A DNA stretch of 61,315 nt from a bacterium (GCA_024275095.1 JAJRZV010000072.1:1-61315); one strand, 5' to 3'. Shown: positions 28,933-39,184, numbered from the stretch's first letter. Notes: a model not told the origin generated them from the sequence alone. Numbers and translations: made by a program.

Positions 28933-29283
28933 GTGGAGCAGGCCAGGTGGTCGCCCTGGAGTTTTTACTTCAGGGAGGAAAGTCCGGACTCCACAGGGCA
29001 GGGTGGTCCTGTAGTATTATGCTGCAGGACGCCGGGTGACCGGCGGAAAGTGCCACAGAAACCATACCGCCCTGCAGCAGTACGGTAGGTATGTTGCGGG
29101 GTAAGGGTGCAACGGTGGGGGTAAGAGCCCACCCGCGGTGGCGGTGACGCTGACGCGCGGTAAACCCCACCCGGAGCAAGGCCAAATAGAGGGGCGTTTG
29201 AGGCTGGCCCGGCCGAGCCCCAGGGTAGGCCGCGTAGATTAATGACCACCCTCGACAGAATCCGGCTTACAGGCCTGCTCCAC
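28933..29283 (+). ncRNA. rnpB: RNase P RNA (type A variant lacking P18)
   Basis: GAGGAAAGTCC, AGTGCCACAGAAA, GGTAAGAGC, GGTAAACC, GGAGCAAG and ACAGAATCCGGCTTA conserved blocks; P1 GTGGAGCAGGCC/GGCCTGCTCCAC; TATAAT upstream. Confidence 0.96.
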
Positions 29284-29298
29284 CAGGTTTTTTCGTTA

Positions 29299-29880
29299 CT
29301 AAATGTTCAGTACAGCCGGGTGTTCATTGATAAGGCGTAAAAATTCAGAGCGGGTTTTGGCATCTTTTCGAAAGGCACCAAGCATAGCAGACGTAACCAT
29401 ATGTGCATTGTTTTTTCTCACGCCTCGCATTACTGTGCACAAATGATAACCCTCAACCACCACCCCGACACCAAGAGGTTCCACAACACTCATGAGTGTC
29501 TCGGCAATTTCCACAGTCATTCGTTCCTGTACCTGAAGCCTCCGTGAAAACATCTCTACAATTCTGGGTATTTTCGAGAGTCCTATGAGTTTGCCATCTG
29601 GCACGTAACCGACGTGTACCTTGCCAAAGAAAGGGAGCAGGTGGTGTTCACATAAGCTGTAGAAGTCTATGCCACGTACAATCACCATTTCGCTGTAGTC
29701 AGAGGAGAAGACCGCTCCGTTGACAATGTCTTCCAGATTCATGGAATAACCCGAGCATAGTTCGAGATACATTCGCGCCGTGCGTTCCGGGGTGTTTTTG
29801 AGGCCTTCTCTTTTCGGGTCCTCACCGATAAACCTGAGTATTTCCCGTATGGCTTCTTCGATTTTCTTTTCGACAGACAT
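29299..29880 (-). CDS. folE: GTP cyclohydrolase I
   Basis: REGLKNTPER, SLCEHHLLPF.G, GLSK, RRLQVQER, HLC..RG. Confidence 0.97.
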   Translation of the reverse strand: MSVEKKIEEAIREILRFIGEDPKREGLKNTPERTARMYLELCSGYSMNLEDIVNGAVFSSDYSEMVIVRGIDFYSLCEHHLLPFFGKVHVGYVPDGKLIGLSKIPRIVEMFSRRLQVQERMTVEIAETLMSVVEPLGVGVVVEGYHLCTVMRGVRKNNAHMVTSAMLGAFRKDAKTRSEFLRLINEHPAVLNI

Positions 29881-29968
29881 GGCAAAAGTCCTCCTTGAAA
29901 TTAGACCTCAATTATCCATTTATTTACCCGCAAATTTACACTATACCTCCCTAATATGAAACCCCCCA

Positions 29969-31028
29969 CCCTTCGGGGTCTGGTCTCAACATTTGACATT
30001 TGTTTTTAAAGCATGGTAGGGTTCTCCTCATGGCAAGGCCGTTGAGAGTAGAAATAGAAGGTGGTTTTTACCACGTTTTCTCAAGGGGTATTAGAAAAGA
30101 CCCAATATTTCTAAATGATAGGGATAGAGAAGTTTTTTTAGAAAAGCTTGGAGATGAACTCAAAAAATACGGTATAAAGTGCCATGCATACGTACTTATG
30201 AAAAATCACTATCATTTGTTATTGGAGACCCCCCAAGGAGGTCTCCAAAGGGCTATGCACGGGATAAATGGCTCGTATGCTAACTGGTTTAAGAAAAAAC
30301 ACGAATTGGTTGGACCTCTGTTTCAGGGGAGATACAAAGCGATATTAATAGAAGCTGATGCGTATCTTGCTGTTGTAAGCGCTTATATTCATCTTAATCC
30401 TGTAAGAAAGGGTTATTTAGAAAAGCCCGAAGAGTATAGATGGAGTAGTTTGAAATATTACATCAAGGAGAAAGGAAAGCCTGGGTGGCTTGATACGGGG
30501 TTTACATTGTCCATGTTCGGAGAAGGGGGCATGGCCCGGAAAAGGTATTTGAAATATGTATATGAACAAATAGGAAAGAGAGAAGATCCTTTTAGAGAGG
30601 TGAAGTTGGGATTTGTTCTGGGTAGCGATGAATACGCAGAAATGGTGAGAGATAGGATAAAGAAGGAAAAGCAAGATTTGAGAAATGTAATAGAGAGAGG
30701 TGGTGTAGAGAAAGGACTAACACTTAATGAAGTAATCAGGGTGGTTATAGGCGAGTATGGCGTTGAAAAAGAGGCTGTGTTTGAGAAGAAAAGAGGTAAT
30801 GAAGCGAGAAAAGCATGTATATATTTTTTAAAAAAGCTGACTCCGTTAACATTGAGGGAAATAGGGGAAATTTTCGATATGGATTACGCTGCGGTATCAC
30901 AAATGGTAAGGAGGTTTGAGTCAGAAGTAGGAAATGATAAAAAGCTGAAGAGACGCGTTGAGAATATAGAAGAGCTGTTAAGCAAGTAAGACCACGAATG
31001 TTCAATGTTGAGACCAGACCCCGAAGGG
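29969..31028 (+). mobile_element. HUH/Y1 (RAYT/IS200-like) transposase element with 32-bp terminal inverted repeats
   Basis: Left repeat 29969..30000 and right repeat 30997..31028 match at 30/32 nt in inverted orientation; the interior is visibly AT-richer than the flanks. Confidence 0.85.
30030..30989 (+). CDS. REP-associated tyrosine (Y1) transposase with C-terminal DnaA_C-like HTH
   Basis: MARPLR...YHVFSRG, LMKNHYHLL (HUH), GPLFQGRYKA, YIHLNPV, YRWSS; C-terminal LREIGEIF.MDYAAVS HTH. Confidence 0.9.
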   Translation: MARPLRVEIEGGFYHVFSRGIRKDPIFLNDRDREVFLEKLGDELKKYGIKCHAYVLMKNHYHLLLETPQGGLQRAMHGINGSYANWFKKKHELVGPLFQGRYKAILIEADAYLAVVSAYIHLNPVRKGYLEKPEEYRWSSLKYYIKEKGKPGWLDTGFTLSMFGEGGMARKRYLKYVYEQIGKREDPFREVKLGFVLGSDEYAEMVRDRIKKEKQDLRNVIERGGVEKGLTLNEVIRVVIGEYGVEKEAVFEKKRGNEARKACIYFLKKLTPLTLREIGEIFDMDYAAVSQMVRRFESEVGNDKKLKRRVENIEELLSK

Positions 31029-31176
31029 GTCGAAGGGGTGGCAGGGTGTAATGTTTTTTGATGAAAATTCAGGTAAAATACGGGCTGAGCATGTGTGATT
31101 CAAACCAGGTCATATCGAAGAAGGAAAATATATAGAGGTCGTAAAGATTTAAAATTAAAATTAATTGGAGGTGGGG

Positions 31177-31710
31177 ATGATCAGGGTTAGACAGTTGTCT
31201 GTATATGTACCGTTGGTGTTGATGGTTTTGACAGGTGTGGCGTCAGCTGACGTGAAGGTGGCCATTGTGGATTTGCAGAGAATTCTTTCCGAATCCATCA
31301 GGGGTAAGGAGGCCAAGGATTTACTGGAGAAGGAAGCCGAAAGAAAGAAAGAGATTATTGAAACAAAAAAAGAGGAATTACAAAAACTTATCGAAGAGTT
31401 TGAAAAACAACAGCTTGTCCTTTCGGAAAAAGCACGGGCAGATAAGCAGAGACTTATAGACGAAAAGAGCAGTGCGCTCAGGGAAATGATTATTCAATAC
31501 CAGCAGGAGTTGCAGAAGAAGGATCAGGAACTTACTCGCTCTATTATTAATGAAGTGAGCGGTATTGTTGAGGAAATTGCCAAACGATACGGTTTTACCC
31601 TTGTGGTAGAGAAGAATGAAGGAGGTATCCTCTATTTTAAGAATGGGCTGGATATTACGGATAAGGTGTTAAAAGAATACGATAAGCGGGTAAAAAAACG
31701 CAGCCGATGA
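31177..31710 (+). CDS. skp: OmpH/Skp periplasmic chaperone
   Basis: Signal peptide ...VASA; KVAIVD; coiled coil; DITD.V motif. Confidence 0.9.
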   Translation: MIRVRQLSVYVPLVLMVLTGVASADVKVAIVDLQRILSESIRGKEAKDLLEKEAERKKEIIETKKEELQKLIEEFEKQQLVLSEKARADKQRLIDEKSSALREMIIQYQQELQKKDQELTRSIINEVSGIVEEIAKRYGFTLVVEKNEGGILYFKNGLDITDKVLKEYDKRVKKRSR

Positions 31711-31734
31711 TTCGGGAAAAATTGAGTTGTTGAT

Positions 31735-32790
31735 ATGCCTTTTATAGAACTTGGAATACCAGCTCAGGCACGCGAAATTGCGGTGGTGGTAAAAGGTGAG
31801 CTCCAGGGCCATGGTGATGTTTCCATTTTGAGGGTGGCGACACCAGACGAGGCCGGGGCGGGCGATGTGTGTTTTCTGTGGGAAAAAAAAGCCCTTTCCA
31901 AATTAAAGAAGAATGTTTCATGTGTTGTGGTTACAAAGCACATGGTGTCGGAAGTGAATGCAGATGCAGTAATTGTTCATTCTGATCCCCGCCTCGCTTT
32001 TGCAAAGTTCCTTCAGGAAAAGACTGCTTCACCATGGCTGTTTCCTTCATTAAAGGATGGAGAAGGATTGATTTGTATTGGTGAAGGTACTGTGGTGGCT
32101 GATGATGCAATGGTATACCCGTTTGTATATATTGGCGAAAGGAGCAAAATAGGTCGTCGTACCAGAATTATGCCGTTTTGCTATATTGGCTCAGACACTT
32201 ACATCGGTGATGATTGTATTCTGTTCCCGGGAGTGACAGTTTACGGAAATACACGCATGGGTTCCCGTGTTATTGTTCATGCCTCTGCAGTAATTGGAGC
32301 TGATGGGTTTGGCTTCGTCAGGAATGATTCAGGATGGGCTAAGATTCCACATCGTGGAGGAGTGGAAATCGGTGATGATGTTGAAATTGGTGCTGGTGTA
32401 ACCATAGATAGAGGTACTCTTGGAGTTACCAGGATCGGCAATGGTGTCAAAGTGGATAACCTTGTACAGGTTGCACACAATGTGGAAATAGGAAGTCATA
32501 CAATCATCGCTGCCCAGGCGGGAATATCGGGTTCAGTAAAGATTGGTGAAGATTGTCTGGTCGGTGGCCAGGCAGGATTTGTGAACAATATTCGTATGGG
32601 CAACCGAGCAGGTGTAACGCCTAAATCAGGAATTCACACTGATGTGCCTGATGGAGAAGTGGTAAGCGGGTATCCCGCTGTGACTCACCGTGAATGGTTG
32701 AGGATTATGGCCGCCCTCAGGCATCTTCCTGAGATGAGGAGAACCCTTCAGGGTATTCGTCGAAAGGAGGAGAAAGAAGATGAGCGTTGA
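31735..32790 (+). CDS. lpxD: UDP-3-O-(3-hydroxyacyl)glucosamine N-acyltransferase
   Basis: Hexapeptide repeats, [32 protein letters not shown]. Confidence 0.96.
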   Translation: MPFIELGIPAQAREIAVVVKGELQGHGDVSILRVATPDEAGAGDVCFLWEKKALSKLKKNVSCVVVTKHMVSEVNADAVIVHSDPRLAFAKFLQEKTASPWLFPSLKDGEGLICIGEGTVVADDAMVYPFVYIGERSKIGRRTRIMPFCYIGSDTYIGDDCILFPGVTVYGNTRMGSRVIVHASAVIGADGFGFVRNDSGWAKIPHRGGVEIGDDVEIGAGVTIDRGTLGVTRIGNGVKVDNLVQVAHNVEIGSHTIIAAQAGISGSVKIGEDCLVGGQAGFVNNIRMGNRAGVTPKSGIHTDVPDGEVVSGYPAVTHREWLRIMAALRHLPEMRRTLQGIRRKEEKEDER

Positions 32791-33208
32791 CATCAATGAA
32801 ATTTTGAAAATTCTTCCGCATAGGTTTCCCTTTTTGCTGGTGGACAGGGTGGAGGAGTTCAAAGAAGGAGAAGGAATTACTGTCCGTAAGGCTGTGACCG
32901 TGAATGAACCGTTTTTTCCGGGACATTTCCCTCAAGAGCCGGTATTTCCCGGGGTTTTGATTATCGAGGCGATGGCTCAGGCATGTGGATTGTACGTAGG
33001 GCTTTGCGGAGAAATGAAAAGCCTTTTTTATCTTGCAGCAGTAGAGAATGCCCGTTTTCTCAAACCTGTACGCCCGGGTGATTTACTTATTATTAAAGCC
33101 GAGCCTGCGGGAAGTAAATTAGGTGTGATTTCCTTCAATGCAAAGGCTTATGTGGATGGTGTAGAAGTAGCTCGATGCCGGATAACAGCGGCTCAGGTAA
33201 GAAAATAA
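32780..33208 (+). CDS. fabZ: 3-hydroxyacyl-ACP dehydratase
   Basis: [32 protein letters not shown]. Confidence 0.97.
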   Translation: MSVDINEILKILPHRFPFLLVDRVEEFKEGEGITVRKAVTVNEPFFPGHFPQEPVFPGVLIIEAMAQACGLYVGLCGEMKSLFYLAAVENARFLKPVRPGDLLIIKAEPAGSKLGVISFNAKAYVDGVEVARCRITAAQVRK

Positions 33209-33984
33209 TGGCTTCCAGAGTCCACATCCACCCGACGGCCGTGGTTGATTCTCGGGCGAGACTTGCTCCGGGTGTAATTATAGGACCCTATGCTGTTATC
33301 GAGGGCAATGTTGAACTGGGTGAGGGTTGTATCGTGCACTCGCATTGTGTCATCAAAGGACCTGTAATCGCAGGACGCGAAAATGAATTTTATCCTTTTT
33401 CAGTGATTGGAGAGCCCCCTCAGCATTTGACGAAAGGCAAGATCGGCGGAGTTCGAATCGGGGACAGGAACGTTTTCAGAGAACATGTCTCTGTTCATGC
33501 GTCTACCGAACCCGAAGGCACACGGATAGGAAATGGTAATTATTTCATGGCCACTTCTCATGTGGCTCATGATTGTGTGGTTGGAGACGGTAATATATTT
33601 GCCAATTACGTGGGACTTGCAGGACATGTAGAGGTGGGGAGTAATAATTTTTTTGGAGGGCATTCAGGAATTCACCAGTTTGCACGTGTGGGTTCTTTCT
33701 GCATGATTGGCGGAGGTTCTATGGTGCCCAAGGACGTTGCCCCATTTACAATTGTTCAGGGCGATCGGGCGCATTTTGCGGGCCTGAACGCCGAAGGACT
33801 AAAACGGGCCGGGTATTCTGTAGAGGATATTGCGGTGGCGAGAGAAGTCGTAAAAATCTTCTTCCGCAGTGGTCTACTTGTTCAGGAAGCACTGAAACTT
33901 ATCGAGGAAAAACTGGGTGATCATGAGCTTTCCAGAATGTTTGTCGAGTTTGTAAAAAAATCCCGCAGGGGGATCACGCGATGA
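33208..33984 (+). CDS. lpxA: acyl-ACP:UDP-GlcNAc acyltransferase
   Basis: IHPTAVV, IG.PPQ, HVAHDC, IHQF, GLN.EGLKR; ATG at 33208 overlaps the fabZ TAA. Confidence 0.95.
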   Translation: MASRVHIHPTAVVDSRARLAPGVIIGPYAVIEGNVELGEGCIVHSHCVIKGPVIAGRENEFYPFSVIGEPPQHLTKGKIGGVRIGDRNVFREHVSVHASTEPEGTRIGNGNYFMATSHVAHDCVVGDGNIFANYVGLAGHVEVGSNNFFGGHSGIHQFARVGSFCMIGGGSMVPKDVAPFTIVQGDRAHFAGLNAEGLKRAGYSVEDIAVAREVVKIFFRSGLLVQEALKLIEEKLGDHELSRMFVEFVKKSRRGITR

Positions 33985-34919
33985 AAGAGATACGCGTGGC
34001 AGTAATTGGGGTTGGATATGCAGGCACTATTCACGCGAGGAAACTCTTATCCATGCCTGAGGCCAAGCTGGCGCTGGTGGTGGATGTTGACAGAAAAAGA
34101 GCGGAAAAGGTGGGAAAAGAGCTCAATGTACCATATTGCATGTCTCTCAACGATGGACAACTGAGCGAAGTAGACGCTGCAGTTGTCTCTGTACCCGCGA
34201 AAAATCATTATGAAGTGGCGCGTCCACTGGTGATGGAAGGTAAACATGTGCTCATAGAAAAGCCTTTTGTTACTTCCATTAGCGAAGGTGAAGAGCTTAT
34301 TGAACTCGCAAGGAAAAAGGGAGTACTTATCGGAGTTGGTCATTCGGAACGCTTTAATCCGGTTACGAAAATCCTGGCCAATGAACTGCGTTCACCAGGA
34401 TTTATTGAAGGTGATCGTTTAAGTCCTTTTACAAACAGATGTCTTGATGTTGATGTTGTTCTCGATCTGATGATTCATGATCTGGACATACTTACGCACT
34501 TGCTGCCGAGACGGGTGCTTCAGATAGACGCCGTGGGAGTGCCCGTACTTACGGGTAAGATAGACATCGCGAATGCCCGCATTCGTATGGAAGGAGACTG
34601 TGTCATAAACCTGACCGCCAGCAGGGTTTCCGATAAGAAGATGAGAAAGTTGAGGTTTTTCCAACCTGACTCCTACATTTCTGTTGATTTTTCAATTCCG
34701 CGCATTTCTGTAAAAAAGCGTGTTACAGATGATGGAGGTTTGCGTATCCTCAGTGAGGAACATATGCCTGAAGAAAATGATCCGTTAGCAGAGGAATTGA
34801 GGGATTTTCTGCGTGCTATTCGTGAGGGTCGTGAACCTGAAGTAACTGCCGAGGAGGCCATGCGGCCCATAAAACTTGCTCTCGATATCCTTAAATATAT
34901 GAAAGTTCCTTCGGCCTGA
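33981..34919 (+). CDS. Gfo/Idh/MocA oxidoreductase (GnnA-like UDP-GlcNAc 3-dehydrogenase)
   Basis: GVGYAG, HVLIEKP, GHSERFNP, DLMIHDLD, LTASRVS; lies between lpxA and lpxB. Confidence 0.85.
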   Translation: MKEIRVAVIGVGYAGTIHARKLLSMPEAKLALVVDVDRKRAEKVGKELNVPYCMSLNDGQLSEVDAAVVSVPAKNHYEVARPLVMEGKHVLIEKPFVTSISEGEELIELARKKGVLIGVGHSERFNPVTKILANELRSPGFIEGDRLSPFTNRCLDVDVVLDLMIHDLDILTHLLPRRVLQIDAVGVPVLTGKIDIANARIRMEGDCVINLTASRVSDKKMRKLRFFQPDSYISVDFSIPRISVKKRVTDDGGLRILSEEHMPEENDPLAEELRDFLRAIREGREPEVTAEEAMRPIKLALDILKYMKVPSA

Positions 34920-34926
34920 GGGTTCT

Positions 34927-36045
34927 TTGTCACTTATGTTTATTTCAGCAGGTGAAGCATCTGGTGATGTAATGGGTGCTTACATCATGGAGGCTCTGCA
35001 GAATTCAAAAGAGAACATACAGTTTGCTGGTGTTGGTGGTGCACGCATGCGTTCGCAGGATCTGAAAGCACTCGCTCATGCAGAAAGCCTTTCTGCAGCA
35101 GGGATTGTAGAGGCCATCCCGCGTATTCCAGCGGCTGTACGAACATTCATTCGGTGCACCCGCTACCTCAGCGAAAAAAGGCCGGAAAGGGTTATTCTCA
35201 TTGATTTTCCGGAAATGAACATGCGTATTTTGCGCCGATCCGTATTTCACGGTATTTCCACTTTTTACGTATCCCCGCCCCAGGTGTGGGCATGGAGGGA
35301 GAAACGTCTGAAACATTTGCGCCTCGCTCGTGCACTGCTGTGCATTTTACCTTTTGAAAAAGATTATTATACCAGCGGAGGAGCAGCCGCATTTTATGTG
35401 GGTCACCCGGCGGTGGGAAGAATGGAAAGAGAAGAAATTGATAATATTTCAAAAGATCCGCGTCCCTCGCTTGCGATTTTACCGGGCAGTCGCCTCTCAG
35501 AGATTTCAGCTCATATGAAGATTCTGTTCCCCCTGGTAAAGTTACTGAGAGAAAGCTATGAATTGAAAGAACTTTCGATTATCGTGGCTGTGGCACCAGC
35601 CATACAGGAGTACTTCGAATCCCACTTTGGTCAGCGCATTAGAGAGTTGGGATTGCAGGTAGAATATGACGGGATGAAGGCGCTCAAGAGAGCATGGTGG
35701 GCTGTTGTGGCTTCTGGCACCGCCTCACTGGAGGCATCCCTTGTACGCACCCCTTCTGTAATTATTTATCGGATTTCTCCAATCAGCTATGCAGTGGGTC
35801 GAAAGATGATCAGAGTGAACTACGTCGGGCTGCCCAATATTCTGCTGGGCAGAAAGATACTTCCTGAACTTCTCCAGAATAATGCTAACCCGCAGTTTAT
35901 ATTTGAGCACCTGAAACACTTTATGAAATATGGTCAAGATGCTCCACCTGATGTTGAGGAAGGATTCAGCATTATTCGAGACATGCTGGGTAATAGACGT
36001 TTTTCTTCTCAGGTGGCAGAAATCATTTTGAATGCAGCACCATGA
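34927..36045 (+). CDS. lpxB: lipid-A-disaccharide synthase
   Basis: AGEASGD, PPQVWAWR, LPFE, VGHP, LPGSR, SGTASLE. Confidence 0.95.
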   Translation: MSLMFISAGEASGDVMGAYIMEALQNSKENIQFAGVGGARMRSQDLKALAHAESLSAAGIVEAIPRIPAAVRTFIRCTRYLSEKRPERVILIDFPEMNMRILRRSVFHGISTFYVSPPQVWAWREKRLKHLRLARALLCILPFEKDYYTSGGAAAFYVGHPAVGRMEREEIDNISKDPRPSLAILPGSRLSEISAHMKILFPLVKLLRESYELKELSIIVAVAPAIQEYFESHFGQRIRELGLQVEYDGMKALKRAWWAVVASGTASLEASLVRTPSVIIYRISPISYAVGRKMIRVNYVGLPNILLGRKILPELLQNNANPQFIFEHLKHFMKYGQDAPPDVEEGFSIIRDMLGNRRFSSQVAEIILNAAP

Positions 36046-37799
36046 AAGATTTTATCCAGAGCGAAAGGAAGGAGGTGTTCTTCCGTATTCTCGGGTTTTA
36101 CCGTCCTTACTGGAAATACGTGATCCTGTCTATTCCGTGTGCTGTGCTCGTAAGTATTGTACCGGGAAGTTCCGCAGCACTCATCAAACCCCTTATTGAC
36201 AATGTGTTTATATCCAGAAACCAGCAGTTGTTAGGTTTGATAGCCGTGGCAGTGGTTGGGCTTTATCTGATCAAGGGGCTCGCTCGTTTCGGTCAGGGAT
36301 ACCTTCTTCGCATAGCCGGTCAAAAAGCCGTGAGAGATGTACGCAATGTGCTATTCAGGCACATCCATTCTCTATCGAGAGATTTTTTTGATAGGGCAGA
36401 TACAGGAGCATTGATATCTCGTCTCAATTACGACGTGTTTCTGTTGCAGATGATCGCCCAGGCGGCTGTGGACCTCATCAAGGAACCTTTGACACTCCTG
36501 TGGTTGCTCGGGCTTATGTTTTACCTGGACTGGAAACTTTCACTCGCTGCCCTAATCGTGCTTCCTCCGGCAGGGTGGTTTGTGTGGTTTCTTGCAGGTC
36601 GCGTGAGAGCTGCTTCTCGCGCAGGTCAAGAATACATGGAAAATCTTACAGCACGAATGCAGGAAAGTTTTGCTGGTTCTCACGTGGTGAAAGCATTTGG
36701 TGCTGAAAGAGAGGAACTACGACGGTTCGAAGAAGAAAACGAGCGCTTTCTCCAGTCGATGGTGGGTGTTATCAGGTACACGGAAATGTTGAGTCCTGCC
36801 GTGGAGTTCTTGGGAGCCCTGGGAATATGTGCGGTGATATATTACGGTGGCATGCGGGTGCTCGAGGATGGTATTTACACCCCCGGCCGTTTTTTTGCAT
36901 TTCTCGGGGCGGTGGGAATGATGTACGAGCCCTATAGGAAATTAAGCCGCCTTTACGCGGTACTCCAGCAGGCAATTGCGGCAGGTGGAAGAATTTTTTC
37001 AATTTTGGACATGCAGCCATCTGTACAGAATCCGCCAGAACCCGCACCATGGACAAGGTTTGAGAAAGAAATACGTTTTGAAAACGTACGGTTCAGTTAC
37101 GGTGCCAGGCCTGCGTTAAAGGGTGTCAGTTTTACCATTACTGCAGGCAGTGTTGTGGGTATTGCAGGAGAAGTGGGTTCGGGAAAGAGTACCATCGCTC
37201 ACCTCATAATGCGTTATTACGATGTTACGGATGGACAGATACTTGTTGATGGTTACGATATTCGCGAACTTCGTATAGAAGCCTTGCGTAGCAATGTGGC
37301 CCTCATATCTCAGGATGTGTTTTTATTTAACGACACGGTGAAAGAGAACATTCGTTACGGGAGACCGGACGCCCATGATGAAGAAATTGTAGAAGCAGCA
37401 AAACTTGCCGGTATTCACGAGTTTATCCTCACCCTCCCCCATGGGTATGACACCCTGGTTGGGGAGAGGGGGGTGCATCTTTCAGGCGGTCAAAGGCAGA
37501 AAATTTCCATAGCACGTGCATTTTTAAAAAATGCACCTTTACTCATTCTTGACGAGGCCACGTCGAATCTTGATGTGGACTCCGAAAACGAAGTGGAGGA
37601 TGCTATTTTTCGACTGATTAAGGGAAAGACAGTCATTATTATTACACACAGGTTACCCTTTCTTGAAAAAGCGGATAAAATCATTGTGATGAAAGAAGGT
37701 CTGATTATGGAAGAGGGTTCTCACCAGGAACTGATGGCGGCAGGTGGATATTACGCGTCACTGGTGGGAAGGCTGGGAGCATTTTCGCAGGAGATGTGA
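36042..37799 (+). CDS. msbA: lipid A ABC exporter (MsbA-like)
   Basis: TMD plus NBD (GSGKST, LSGGQRQK, LDEATS); follows lpxB. Confidence 0.85.
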   Translation: MKDFIQSERKEVFFRILGFYRPYWKYVILSIPCAVLVSIVPGSSAALIKPLIDNVFISRNQQLLGLIAVAVVGLYLIKGLARFGQGYLLRIAGQKAVRDVRNVLFRHIHSLSRDFFDRADTGALISRLNYDVFLLQMIAQAAVDLIKEPLTLLWLLGLMFYLDWKLSLAALIVLPPAGWFVWFLAGRVRAASRAGQEYMENLTARMQESFAGSHVVKAFGAEREELRRFEEENERFLQSMVGVIRYTEMLSPAVEFLGALGICAVIYYGGMRVLEDGIYTPGRFFAFLGAVGMMYEPYRKLSRLYAVLQQAIAAGGRIFSILDMQPSVQNPPEPAPWTRFEKEIRFENVRFSYGARPALKGVSFTITAGSVVGIAGEVGSGKSTIAHLIMRYYDVTDGQILVDGYDIRELRIEALRSNVALISQDVFLFNDTVKENIRYGRPDAHDEEIVEAAKLAGIHEFILTLPHGYDTLVGERGVHLSGGQRQKISIARAFLKNAPLLILDEATSNLDVDSENEVEDAIFRLIKGKTVIIITHRLPFLEKADKIIVMKEGLIMEEGSHQELMAAGGYYASLVGRLGAFSQEM

Positions 37800-38408
37800 G
37801 TGAGTTATACGGAAACCCAGAATGCCGCGGGAACTCGTGAGCGAATTCTCCGGGTTGCAGAACGCTTTTTTGCAGAACGTGGTTATGAAGGAACCTCCAC
37901 ACGCATGATTGCAGAAGAAGCAGGTGTTAACAAGGCCATGATTTTTTATTATTTTCGTAACAAGGAAGACCTTTATTTCCAGGTACTTTCAGACCTTTTT
38001 ACTTCTTTGACGACGCGCCTGTTTCCCATTTTCAGGGCACGGATGCCGTACGAAAAAAAAATTGAACGATTTGTGGATGAGGTTTTTACATTTTTTTCGA
38101 CACGTCCTACTTTTTGCAAGATTACCCAGCGTGAATCTGTAAATCCGCGCAAGCGTTACAAAGAGTTTATCGTCCAGAACCTGAGACCTCTTTACAATGA
38201 GGGTCGGAAATTTCTTGTAGAAAGGGCTCGTGTGGAAGATCCGGACAACCTCATTTTTTCTGGTTATGGAATGATAATGTCGTATTTTAATGAAGCGGAA
38301 TTTATCGGCATGCTCATGGGACGTGAGGCACTTGACCGTTCCGCTTTGAAAAAGCGCCGTGAGCATGTTAAAAAAGCAATTCTGAATCTCGTTCGGGCAT
38401 TTTCATAG
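37800..38408 (+). CDS. TetR/AcrR family transcriptional regulator
   Basis: RERIL..A..FF.ERGY.GTS.R.IAEEAGVNKA..YYF.NKEDL. Confidence 0.92.
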   Translation: MSYTETQNAAGTRERILRVAERFFAERGYEGTSTRMIAEEAGVNKAMIFYYFRNKEDLYFQVLSDLFTSLTTRLFPIFRARMPYEKKIERFVDEVFTFFSTRPTFCKITQRESVNPRKRYKEFIVQNLRPLYNEGRKFLVERARVEDPDNLIFSGYGMIMSYFNEAEFIGMLMGREALDRSALKKRREHVKKAILNLVRAFS

Positions 38409-38425
38409 ATAGACAGGAGCACTAA

Positions 38426-38983
38426 ATGAAACTTGTTGTTACCGAGATACCCGAAGAGGGGCTGAACCTCACTATAAGTGGTGATGGAAGGTGGTTGCGC
38501 ACTTTTTTCAGTCCCAGGGAAAAGGAAGAAACGGTACGTGTGAGGGATTCATTTTCGGTAGAGGTGCGAATTTCGCGTGTTGATGAAGTGATTCGGGTTG
38601 CAGGCTGCGCAAAGATACCGGTAGAGCTTCGATGCGTGAGGTGTAACGAATGGTTTATCAGTGAAGTTGATGTGGAGGTGAAATCAGAGTTTCATCCTCT
38701 CAGTGAATGGGTGGCCAGGGGAAAGGAGGAAATTGAACTCAAGGCCTCGGAAATGGAAATGGAGTTTTATTCTTCACGTGTGATTGACATAGATGAAGTT
38801 GTGGCAGAAAGCATTTTCCTTTCACTACCTTCGTACCCTGTGTGCACAGATGACTGTAAAGGGTTGTGTGCTCGTTGCGGTGCCAATCTTAACAAGGGAA
38901 AGTGTCAATGCTCTGCTGACCAACCGGTTGATGATTGGAAGAAAGCACTTGAAGATTTAAGGTCAAAACTGAAAATAAAGTGA
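38426..38983 (+). CDS. yceD: YceD/DUF177 family protein
   Basis: CVRC and C..DCKGLC..CG.NLN motifs; directly upstream of rpmF. Confidence 0.9.
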   Translation: MKLVVTEIPEEGLNLTISGDGRWLRTFFSPREKEETVRVRDSFSVEVRISRVDEVIRVAGCAKIPVELRCVRCNEWFISEVDVEVKSEFHPLSEWVARGKEEIELKASEMEMEFYSSRVIDIDEVVAESIFLSLPSYPVCTDDCKGLCARCGANLNKGKCQCSADQPVDDWKKALEDLRSKLKIK

Positions 38984-39004
38984 CAATTCACAAGGAGGTT
39001 TAAA

Positions 39005-39184
39005 ATGGGTGTGCCCAAAAGAAAACACTCCCGAGCACGAAGAGACAAAAGATGGGCTCATTACCATCTGAGACCCCGCCCCCTGTCTATATGTCCTCGT
39101 TGTGGCGAGAGGAAACTGCCACACAGGGTATGTCCAAGCTGTGGGTTTTACGGAGTGAAAAAAGTCATCAATGTAAAGGATTGA
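39005..39184 (+). CDS. rpmF: 50S ribosomal protein L32 (absent from the ORF track)
   Basis: MGVPKRKHSRARRDKR...CPRCGERKLPHRVCPSCGFY. Confidence 0.96.
   Translation: MGVPKRKHSRARRDKRWAHYHLRPRPLSICPRCGERKLPHRVCPSCGFYGVKKVINVKD

Noticed and set aside
28965-29249. Minus-strand ORFs of 94 and 71 aa
   Set aside because: They are antisense shadows of rnpB.
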